Of a stretch of 34,557 nucleotides of DNA, positions 29,601-34,557 are shown one piece after another (the first letter of the stretch is position 1; every line of letters starts with the position of its first letter). Source of the stretch: Candidatus Krumholzibacteriia bacterium (lineage in GTDB: Bacteria > Krumholzibacteriota > Krumholzibacteriia > WVZY01); contig JAZGDW010000201.1 of assembly GCA_036478295.1 (NCBI GenBank), positions 1 to 34,557 on the forward strand. The letters are read 5' to 3'. Below the pieces are notes generated by a model. That model ran no database searches, was not told the origin of the DNA, and saw only the letters and a program-made list of their open reading frames with translations. The translations under genes were made by a program, and so were the position numbers.

Positions 29601-29749
29601 GACGGGGTGGAAAACGAAACGATTTCCAGATTCATCGGAACGGCGGCCAGGACACCATCTCGGCCCATCGGCAAAAACATGTTTGAGACCACACCCGCAA
29701 CCAGGAGGATCGCGGGAAGCACGAGTGTTCTTAGCATTCGAGATTTCAT
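20657..29749 (-). CDS. Giant (3030 aa) secreted multidomain protein: CARDB, SBBP propeller, CARDB, TSP3-like Ca motifs, matrixin-like Zn metallopeptidase, Ig/IPT domains, YVTN-type propellers, FlgD-Ig/T9SS-like C-terminal domain
   Basis: AAGGAG SD and signal peptide; 7x W.RQFG repeats; DSDGDGVPDIVDLCP; HEALHLFGVSH...STM; Big_5-like SSP.D....V; IPT repeats; ITPDG repeats; LEQNFPNPFNPTT...ASGVYFYK...TRKMLLLK. Confidence 0.88.
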   Translation of the reverse strand: MKSRMLRTLVLPAILLVAGVVSNMFLPMGRDGVLAAVPMNLEIVSFSTPSDAARDDDISSQLSVTIRNSGTEDINSEFYVGFYLSPDAVITTEDLILVTGRKIVVALAAGATMTVPVDNVSIPRAAPLGSGYLGVIVDEFDLIAEGSEVDNTGASPVIIDASVPMWVRQFGSALLDHGAGISAVGTTELYITGRTKGTLVGQSSAGGVDAYVRKYDANGTEIWTRQFGTPGDDITSSVVANASAVFVAGSTDDVFPTHSSAGGIDVFICKYDAGGTVLWTDQFGSSADDEATGISSDGSSVYVTGFTLGTLPGETSAGGYDAFVRKYDLAGTVIWTRQFGTAGTDKAFAISADASGIYVTGSTDGVLPGQSGLGLRDSYVRKYDSDGNEIWTRQFGSSSVDDAFAIACDPSGLFVTGSTYGALPGESNLGDLDAYVVKYDVNGNELWTRQFGTNLKDEACAISLDPSGVNTSGYTTGTLPGEMNLGGEDAFLQKYDLDGNEIWTRQFGTASDDRSLAISTSPLGVNVAGFTAGTLDGQVSEGLEDAFVLLDDNDNLILGVVEFSGPATALVGGAIGDDISLTIQNAGKKATQVGFSVGLYISTDTTITLADQLLVNGRQNEPIMVAGEVRVVTFPSNVTIPAGAGTGPVFLGVIIDEFDEVEDEDESDNTAFSAIILTTDTGADSDGDGVPDIVDLCPLEDASFFDRDGDGCLDDILSARHLEYWPPEDLPLPYFIHENGISGITDGSDFAALQAGMDVWSSIPGAEYAVSFQATTTQADAQALDGINLITFEDPDFAFPAGVLAVGISTSFLVPTMFNGTLARPGQIVDADIIFNPTKSFKTAMAGSGTDTESVTAHEALHLFGVSHAAVKTSTMFFVLPPGEDAASPTPEDEQMVLKSYPSASALATMSRLTGTVLDGTDLSPVPGVIVYVMDTATGDTIANDYTLPPFGTFEFLGIPDGTYNVGIHPLNGTSPIGFIAPQNINQLIFDEAVTVLVPEFWDLAESKFDDPTVADPVTVTSGTTTDIQIITNVDETGPTVTESSPTDNGLDVAIDAAVLIAFSEAIASGSIQGNFALTDTAAGLFISGSAAVLEDDSTLAFLPGGNLSFDTVYKLELGTGLTDQFGNGLQAPFVLHFTTEVQPAVGITSLVPTHGPVATEVTIHGFGFESDPGNNLVTFGGLTANIISASPSQLVFEVPAGAPVGVALVGVTNLLRPPPSNELAYTVLPVDDVARGFEAAVVALGALPRSIAVLPDGSRAVIATNAGASVVVVDPGRPDYLLHTPIDITGGLNEISITPTGVVYAVSRLNEKLYRLNVDPALGSVGRLSEKDVGAVPRGLFVLPNRAYIPTDASEVQIWDITSGSPTFERQIGEIIAEPNLRGKMAVNPAGNLLLGLSGIGKVLVFDLDLDSLVAEINVGPDPNDVIVDPLGDRAYIPDEFGFTSIVNLNSLSHVTDIPIGGTLRGGAIAPTGNFFYVTNRERDLLDVIDLREGSPTFRGLAADIDQRANPVDVALTPDGIFALSLSEAEQAMVVTGIGVGPVLRSMSRHAGPVGTRLVLAGVDFTAESSTTVSFNGIITTPEQVGDSVLAVAVPPGATDGPVTVRVTNLEPPVEISNAIFFDVLDLPTPAGGLRLAAKSQPVGGPQLSRALAIPPDGEVVAVGGDAGELFVLDANSSSATFTQFIASAVPLSSSLADVAITPDGRRAYVLSKTEQFVPVVNIDRNSTDLGTVIDSVDVTGGLALERLSISPDGFFMLISDPGLASVHIVDIREGSAQANQVIATTPTADVPLGINGLVGEMTFHPAGQFAYLAVQDSVPAAILVMDVGLGSPDFGMVVHKMPLVPPGSTPDEMPISISFTPDGSRCFVLTSQKSVAAGPNRTVLTLNTSAPANVVSPTLLGSELFSTTAVAADEHIHVSPRGDRAVLNILSDGFSHLNVTTSPTIPVLDQSGGALHSGGVDFSYSSGGALLYATSTSQDSVFVYDFTTAQELVKVSGDNQTGVINQTLPDPLKVRVINTVSGDPSAGVAVTFDVTADDGSFETGDPAVNPTTQVVVTDADGFAEVDYRLGSTVGAATQGVRASSLGLTGSPVDFVANTLNDPDSLPLTVSSFVPSDGQMGVNTSTAIQTTFSRGVNPTSVNSTNYFLRESVSLAQVPTIVGFTDLNRKISLTPVHILEPGKTYEIVATTGIIAALGDALSEADTASFTTVPPPPLALSAISPPSAAATVGIVLSGTSFDPVPANNTVLFDAVVGTVTEAGDNFLNVTVPLGAATGEIRVVIVTDTSNALPFTVLVPSLSPADDVLGAVGTGSSTRSLAITPDGAFAYGVSPDNGTVVPIDLVTLTTLPSIQVGDTPFAIIINPDGTFAYVVNFLSGTLSIIDVDSGSPGFNSVTETVIVGTNPVDLVITPDGDRVVVANAGSDDLSVIDTDNLSATFHTVLSTVGRGDGTRSLAITPDGGLLYVGTDDGYVILSALDFGVLGSVGGGSSTRSLKITPDGSLLVVLTTEGDVLIYDIAPGSPSENEVLAEVGGGTSTRSLKITPDGAFLWLVQNEGDIIIIVSLDIVGSVSVLDPNAVVTPQTLTVVGTISTGADPAAVAFDPSGTGIALVTNAGDATMTILGLLADVVVQSRPTDPTSMLNPPFRDIRAAIELPAGFNPLNIVSGSLAMNGLVSVTAVSSTLTDVDDDGLDEIHVEFDRIEFQNIVGQGAQVPVTVTGLASGQEFSGTDSIRTFRPTLLAPTSEDEVFGGATFDIRWQSPAFTPITAVDFWWSPDDGQTWIAIVLGAPNTEVLNWWIPRGFDSPSGRVMLILYTEEGESTVSIGAGMSEAFTVHGNVPVTLGSFTAVQQDRAAVLKWQTLLEVGFSGFHVLRSDKPHVGYERLTADAIPGSGRPNGSSYEFRDTTVRPNQTYYYKLEEVSSDGAGDVFGPFKFTYRAPFTLEQNFPNPFNPTTTIRFTLAQDSHVKLVVYDVAGRRVQTLVNEKRIANHYDVEWDGRNSSGHSVASGVYFYKIVAGKFSKTRKMLLLK
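27122..27178 (-). other. Metzincin zinc-binding motif HExxHxxGxxH plus Met-turn inside the giant protein
   Basis: HEALHLFGVSH at 27178-27146; Met 8 residues after the third His (27124-27122), the matrixin/MMP spacing. Confidence 0.85.
28110..29260 (-). repeat. Seven 168-nt (56-aa) SBBP-type beta-propeller repeats
   Basis: CCGAACTG(G/C)CGGGTCCAGAT-like cores recur near 28228, 28396, 28564, 28732, 28900, 29068 and 29239; protein motif DA(F/Y)V.KYD..G...WTRQFG. Confidence 0.88.
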
Positions 29750-29764
29750 CGTGATTCTCCTTTC

Positions 29765-30322
29765 TTACTTGCGGCCCAGGGCCTGGTCAATGAATCGTTC
29801 AAGAGGCATCTTCTCCACACGTGACGCCCGCTTCAGCGCATCCGGCGTCGCCCCGCCCACAAGCTCCACTCCATCCTGCGACGGCCGCTCGATATACGGC
29901 TGATTCGTCCGCGGGTCGCGCACGATGTTGAATTTACCCTGGGAAAATCCCGATACCTGGAAGGCGCCGTTCGTATACGGCTCTAGAAAGACCAGGACTT
30001 CCTCGTCCGCGCGCCACTGCAGCGCGCCGGCAACGTTGACTTTGACGTTGTCCACCACGCCGCCCAGCTGCAGGATGAGGATCGCGGGAGGCTGATCCCC
30101 TTTGTAGGACTGATCGACCGTGATCTCGGTCTCGGTGAAGATCTTGGTGTGCTTGTCGTTCCAGAAGGAACGTACCCCGGTCACCTTTCCCCGCACAACG
30201 AGCGAGGATTGCTGACCGAGCTGCTCAATGCTTCGATGAATCACCTGTGTCGCCTGGGACAGCGTCGCGGTCCCAAACGTGATCACAAGTGAAACGGCTA
30301 GTACTCGAATAAAAGTTTTCAT
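29765..30322 (-). CDS. Small secreted protein, putative TIMP/NTR-like (OB-fold) propeptide or inhibitor domain
   Basis: GGAGG SD, MKTFIRVLAVSLV...SQA signal peptide; SIEQL...SSLVVRGKV...IFTE.EI.V..SYKG...GG.V.....VAG...EEVLVFL...G..QGKF; in-frame upstream ATG 30376 also has an SD. The CDS is solid, the function is inferred. Confidence 0.7.
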   Translation of the reverse strand: MKTFIRVLAVSLVITFGTATLSQATQVIHRSIEQLGQQSSLVVRGKVTGVRSFWNDKHTKIFTETEITVDQSYKGDQPPAILILQLGGVVDNVKVNVAGALQWRADEEVLVFLEPYTNGAFQVSGFSQGKFNIVRDPRTNQPYIERPSQDGVELVGGATPDALKRASRVEKMPLERFIDQALGRK

Positions 30323-30396
30323 GTTACTCCTCCGCACACATTTTGCACAGCGACGGGATTTAACAACAAAGTACATCTCTTTAGCCTCCTTGTTGA

Positions 30397-30422
30397 CCGT
30401 GCCGGCAGGCCTTCCGGCACGG
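30397..30422. other. Intergenic stem-loop without U-tract
   Basis: CCGTGCCGG-8 nt-CCGGCACGG, 9 nt after the upstream gene's stop and just before an AAGGAGG SD. Confidence 0.55.
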
Positions 30423-30431
30423 CCTGTCCAC

Positions 30432-33400
30432 CTACTTCAGTAGCACCATCTTACGGGTCATTCTAAATGCCCCCGCTTCGAGCCTATAAAAGTATACGCC
30501 ACTCGCAACCGAACCGCCGTTGCGACTGGTGCGATCCCACACGATTGTGTGGATGCCCGCCGGTTTTTTCTCATTCACCAGCGTCGCCACCAGGCGACCC
30601 ATGACGTCGTAGATCTTCAGACGTACGTGTGTTGTGACCGGCAGGTCGAAACGTATGGTCGTGGTCGGATTGAACGGGTTGGGATAGTTTTGCCCCAGGG
30701 CGAAACGCCGGGGAATCCTGTCCGACGCGTAGGCAATATTCGCGGTGCTCAGCGGAATCGTCCCCGCTGAAATGATAACGGCATTGTTTATCATCTCCGC
30801 TATGTTCTTCGCCTTCTCGTCGTTGCCGCTGTCTCTGTCATCGATCAGCTCATCGCAGTACGTTATGGCCTGCGAGACCGTGGCACTGTCTTCGCTGATG
30901 AACTCGGTCAGGCTGATATGCACGGCCGCCACGTTCAGGAGCAGGGTCACCAGCTGTTGCTTGGCCCGGTCGATCATGGTTGACGACCCTCTCAAATTGA
31001 GAAGATCCTTCGCCACGTTAAGCTTGTCGTCGCACTCGTCTGAGGTTGGCGGTTGATAAACGATCACCTGATTGATCGCGTTGCTGTTGAACCGGGCGGC
31101 TATCAGATCAAGATGATCGCAGAGAGTGGATGCATCAATTTCCGCTACGCCGATGCCACCAGTCGCGATTCCAATCTGGTGCTTCCAGAAGCCGATCCCC
31201 CTCGGCTGCGCGATAATAGGTACACAGGTGAGGGCGAAATCAACGACGGCCGTGTCACCGACTGAAATTGTGATCGGAACTTCCTGCGAAGCAATGCTGT
31301 ACCCCAGCGGCTTTACGATTGTGATCGTGTAGTCGCCCGGAGCCAGGCCACCAAAGTAATCACCATTCCCATTGGTCACGAAGCCGGCCCTCAGATCACC
31401 ACTGCCCGCTGCGAACGCGTCGATCGTCACACCGAGCAAACCGCTGTCAGGTACCGGACAGTCCGCAAACACCCTGCCGGCGAGGAACCCGAGACTACCC
31501 AGAATCGTAATGGTATTGTCTCCCGCGTTGGTCACCACTGCGCGCCCCGAGCCTGATGGATCGAAGGCCACGTGCGACGGGTCTTCGCCCACTGTGGTGA
31601 TGGTGTCGATGATCGTCGCTGTCAAAATAGTAACCGCCGCATCCGGTTCAAGAACGCCCACAGAAGTCCCGACATCCAGCGAAACCACGATAATGATGTC
31701 CCCTTCTACCTGGATCAGGTAGAGAAGCGAACCGTCTGGCGTAATCGAGATACTGCGCGTGCCGGATCCGGTGCCCACCGTGGAAAGAACCTCGTTCTCG
31801 GACGGGCTGCCAGGGGCGATATCGAAGATGAGAACGTCGCCCTCCGTTGTTAAGAGCACCGCCAGCGTCCCGTCGGGTGTAATCGAGATACTGCGCGTGC
31901 CGGATCCGGTGCCCACCGTGGAAAGTACGCCGAAGTCCAGAGCGTCCATGACGATGTAGCCCGTATCGGTTCCCACGTACAACCGTGTCCCGTCCGGCGT
32001 AATCGAGATACTGCGTGTGGTAGAACCGGTACCGACCGTGGACAATACCGAGTTGAAGGTCGAACTCGTGCTGTCAGCGTCGATCACGCTCAAATCGTTG
32101 GATCCCAGGTTGGCGACAAAAACCCGGTCGCCATCGGGACTCGCGACGATATCAACAGGATTGGTGCCCACGATGACGGTTTCGACCACCTGGTTGAACG
32201 TCGCCGGGTCAGCGATATCCACGCCGATAATCGTGACTGTTCCCGAAAACAGATTGACCACGTAGGCCAATGAGCCATCGGGAAGAATAACGATGGCAAA
32301 CGGGTGATCTCCCGTAGGAACAGCGGAAAAGGTCGTAAATCCTACCAGATCGATCGGAACCACCGTGTTCGCATCCGGGCTCACCGCGTATGCCAGGGCA
32401 CCGTCCGGCGTGATCGAGAGACTGCGCGTGGAGGAACCGGTGCCCACAGTGGACAGAACCTCATCCGATGCTGTGCTGGTTGGAATCAGGACCGTAAAAG
32501 GTAACGCGTTCGACGTGTCGGGCCCGACCACCACACGAACCTCGCCCGTGGTAGCGCTGAGAGGGATTGTCACAACGATGAAGTCGTTGCCGGCATCCGT
32601 CACCACACCCGGAACATCGTTGAACAACACTGTGTTGTTCCCTGGAGCCGGGTCGAATCCGGTGCCGGAAAGAACTACCGGATCATTGGTGACGGCGGCG
32701 GGCGGACTCGCCGCTACCAATTCGAGGGGTGGCGGCGGTGTCGTCGTAAAATCCGCGGTTGCACCCGCCACCAGCGCGCCGCTGCTCGTATCCTTGAGAC
32801 CGGTCGTGATCACGATCGTATAGATGGTTTCCGGCTGCAGGGGATCCACCGGGGTAAGCGACAGCTTCCGGTTCGAGTCCGTAGAACCCAGGATCGTCGG
32901 GACCAGCGTTGAAGAGAGCTTTTCCCTCAGAAAGTAGGTTGTGTTATCCACGGTGGTCGTATCCACCGAGCGGCTGAAGGTAACCTGAATTGCCGTAGTG
33001 ATGCTCACGTCTGTTTCATTCGAATCGGGCACGATGATCGAGATCGTGAGCGGAAGCAGGTCGGGGTCGTCGAGCGTACTCGCCACAAAGGTCGTGGGCG
33101 AGCCACCCAGGCCCAGGGATGTCGCCTCCACCGCCTGGGTTGACGAACCAATCACCGGGCCCATGGTCCAGTTGACTTCGGCAATTCCGTCGGAGTCGGT
33201 GGCGACGACGAGCGTGGTCGGATTGACCATGGGATCGCTGGTCGTGAAGAAACCTCCGCCTGCGGCGACCTCGAATGACACCGGCACTCCGGGTGACGCA
33301 GTTCCCGAATCCAGAACTTCTACCCTCAGCGGCGCGGACAGGGCCTGATTGATGATGCCCGTCTGGTTGTCACCCGACACCTGGGCCAGAGTCAGCGCGG

Positions 33401-34557
33401 CACTGAAATCATAGACAAACACGGTGTCCCGGGCGGAACCGGTAGCGTAGAGGCGGGCCGCATCCGGCGTGTAATCGAAGTCGATCTCCGAGGTGTGAAG
33501 TGCTCCAGCCAGCTGATCCAGCACGGTCAGCGTGGGTGAGGTCGCAATGTCAATATGCGAGAAACCATCGCTCAGTATGTTCAGCACCGCCCGATCACCG
33601 CGCGGCGAAACGTGAATATGCTCGTCAACCGCCGCGGATGCGGTGGGAAAGGGCCGAATAAAGTCGATGGTGGGGGTTGCCGGAGCCGTCGTGCCCAGGG
33701 TGACGACGGTGCGGTTCGGGGCACCGGTTTGCTGCGCCGTCATAACGAAACAGCGGGATCCATCGGGCGTAAAGGACAGCGAAACCGGAACCTCATCGGG
33801 CGCCCCCGTCGGCAGAAACAGCGTGTCTACGATGGTGCCAAATGCGGGATCCGCCGGGTTTGTGTTCAGTACCTCGATCACGGCGGGGCTGTCGTCTGCA
33901 ATCGCCAGATACGCAAATTCCCCACCGGGGTGAAATGCCATTTCCCGGGCGCTTCCGTTTAGACCCAGCGAGGTGTTGGACACCAACGTCGATGCAATCA
34001 CCTGGTTTTCCAGCGAGGAACCCGGTCGGATGTCTATAATGTGCACGCTGCTGAGACCGGGATCCGAGGCCAGCAAGAAGAAACCATCGGGACTGACCGC
34101 CAGTCTTTCCAATCCAGCACCAGTGCCGGCAAGGTCGATCGAATCCGCGACGGCTCCGAAGTCTGGGCTGTGTCGGTTGATGTTGACGATCGGTATCAGG
34201 TCGCCACCGGACGACACCACGAAGGCCCTTTGCCCGTCTTGTGCGATCGCGATATCAACCAGCGACGTGATTAGAGGAGTCGCGCTGTTGATGAACTGGT
34301 TGAAAGTCGGGCTGCCCGCCTCGGCGTCCAGCAGGTACAGCTCGCCGCCCTGCCCACCGACTGCGACCAGGTTTCCATCCGGCGAGACGGCCAGGGCCCG
34401 TGACAGCGCCGGAGCCCCGGTCGGGGCGGCCTGGGCGGCCAGGCGAAGCGCGCCCTGCGACGGGTCCAGAACTTCGAAGAAAATTTCGTTCGACACCTCA
34501 ACCGGCGGCGTGGCATTGCTTACCAGAACTGCAACCGGTCCACTGGTTGCCCCCGGT
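30432..34557 (-). CDS. Giant secreted beta-propeller/Ig-domain protein with FlgD-Ig/T9SS-like C-terminal domain, paralog of 20657-29749 (5'-truncated by window edge)
   Basis: The frame stays open from 34496 to the window end (PGATSGPVAVLVSNATPPVEVSNEIFF), matching the paralog's PGATDGPVTVRVTNLEPPVEISNAIFF; ends LGQNYPNPFNPTT...MTRKMVLLK. Confidence 0.88.
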   Translation of the reverse strand, partial: PGATSGPVAVLVSNATPPVEVSNEIFFEVLDPSQGALRLAAQAAPTGAPALSRALAVSPDGNLVAVGGQGGELYLLDAEAGSPTFNQFINSATPLITSLVDIAIAQDGQRAFVVSSGGDLIPIVNINRHSPDFGAVADSIDLAGTGAGLERLAVSPDGFFLLASDPGLSSVHIIDIRPGSSLENQVIASTLVSNTSLGLNGSAREMAFHPGGEFAYLAIADDSPAVIEVLNTNPADPAFGTIVDTLFLPTGAPDEVPVSLSFTPDGSRCFVMTAQQTGAPNRTVVTLGTTAPATPTIDFIRPFPTASAAVDEHIHVSPRGDRAVLNILSDGFSHIDIATSPTLTVLDQLAGALHTSEIDFDYTPDAARLYATGSARDTVFVYDFSAALTLAQVSGDNQTGIINQALSAPLRVEVLDSGTASPGVPVSFEVAAGGGFFTTSDPMVNPTTLVVATDSDGIAEVNWTMGPVIGSSTQAVEATSLGLGGSPTTFVASTLDDPDLLPLTISIIVPDSNETDVSITTAIQVTFSRSVDTTTVDNTTYFLREKLSSTLVPTILGSTDSNRKLSLTPVDPLQPETIYTIVITTGLKDTSSGALVAGATADFTTTPPPPLELVAASPPAAVTNDPVVLSGTGFDPAPGNNTVLFNDVPGVVTDAGNDFIVVTIPLSATTGEVRVVVGPDTSNALPFTVLIPTSTASDEVLSTVGTGSSTRSLSITPDGALAYAVSPDANTVVPIDLVGFTTFSAVPTGDHPFAIVILPDGSLAYVVNLFSGTVTIIGVDIADPATFNQVVETVIVGTNPVDIVASPDGDRVFVANLGSNDLSVIDADSTSSTFNSVLSTVGTGSTTRSISITPDGTRLYVGTDTGYIVMDALDFGVLSTVGTGSGTRSISITPDGTLAVLLTTEGDVLIFDIAPGSPSENEVLSTVGTGSGTRSISITPDGSLLYLIQVEGDIIIVVSLDVGTSVGVLEPDAAVTILTATIIDTITTVGEDPSHVAFDPSGSGRAVVTNAGDNTITILGSLGFLAGRVFADCPVPDSGLLGVTIDAFAAGSGDLRAGFVTNGNGDYFGGLAPGDYTITIVKPLGYSIASQEVPITISVGDTAVVDFALTCVPIIAQPRGIGFWKHQIGIATGGIGVAEIDASTLCDHLDLIAARFNSNAINQVIVYQPPTSDECDDKLNVAKDLLNLRGSSTMIDRAKQQLVTLLLNVAAVHISLTEFISEDSATVSQAITYCDELIDDRDSGNDEKAKNIAEMINNAVIISAGTIPLSTANIAYASDRIPRRFALGQNYPNPFNPTTTIRFDLPVTTHVRLKIYDVMGRLVATLVNEKKPAGIHTIVWDRTSRNGGSVASGVYFYRLEAGAFRMTRKMVLLK
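31741..31925. repeat. Exact 47-bp direct repeat (31741-31787 and 31879-31925) within propeller blades
   Basis: GTAATCGAGATACTGCGCGTGCCGGATCCGGTGCCCACCGTGGAAAG occurs twice; degenerate copies near 31999 and 32410; encodes LSTVGTGSGTRSISIT. Confidence 0.9.

Noticed and set aside
31741..32045. Repeats spaced 120-138 bp apart as a possible CRISPR array or DGR template/variable pair
   Set aside because: They are in-frame coding repeats, there is no cas or reverse transcriptase gene in the window, and the differences are not adenine-specific.
20738..34274. Numerous plus-strand and alternate-frame ORFs over the giant genes
   Set aside because: Shadow frames of long low-stop coding sequence, with no SD or motif support.
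34494..34496. GTG at 34496 as the start of the 1354-aa ORF
   Set aside because: The frame is open to the window edge and still aligns with the middle of the paralog; there is no signal peptide here.

Overview
GC-rich bacterial chromosomal window with no mobile element, CRISPR array or RNA gene that I can support. (1) 1-11415 (minus strand): a complex I operon nuoA-B-C-D-E-F-G-H-J-K-L-M(partial). It has no nuoI between H and J, a short N7-type NuoG and a NuoH with extra membrane segments. It is preceded by a sigma70 promoter and a near-consensus Rex (NADH/NAD+ sensor) operator. (2) 11707-20519: a SAM methyltransferase (apparently leaderless), a secreted beta-helix protein, a TIGR04282/DUF2064-like transferase, a rhomboid protease, a histidine phosphatase, a secreted hypothetical protein, and a FecR-like/DUF928-like/TPR protein followed by a membrane Ser/Thr kinase with external TPRs. 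(3) 20657-34557 (minus strand): two paralogous giant secreted proteins built from beta-propeller and Ig-like domains, each ending in a 'PNPFNP' FlgD-Ig/T9SS-like C-terminal domain. The complete 3030-aa paralog carries a matrixin-type HExxHxxGxxH + Met-turn zinc protease with no cysteine-switch prodomain. A small secreted protein resembling a TIMP/NTR-like fold lies directly upstream of it. This candidate metalloprotease plus in-trans propeptide/inhibitor pair is the most interesting lead. The C-terminal domains suggest an FCB-group organism (e.g. Krumholzibacteriota/Latescibacterota-like), which is inference only. All family assignments come from motif recognition, not database searches.
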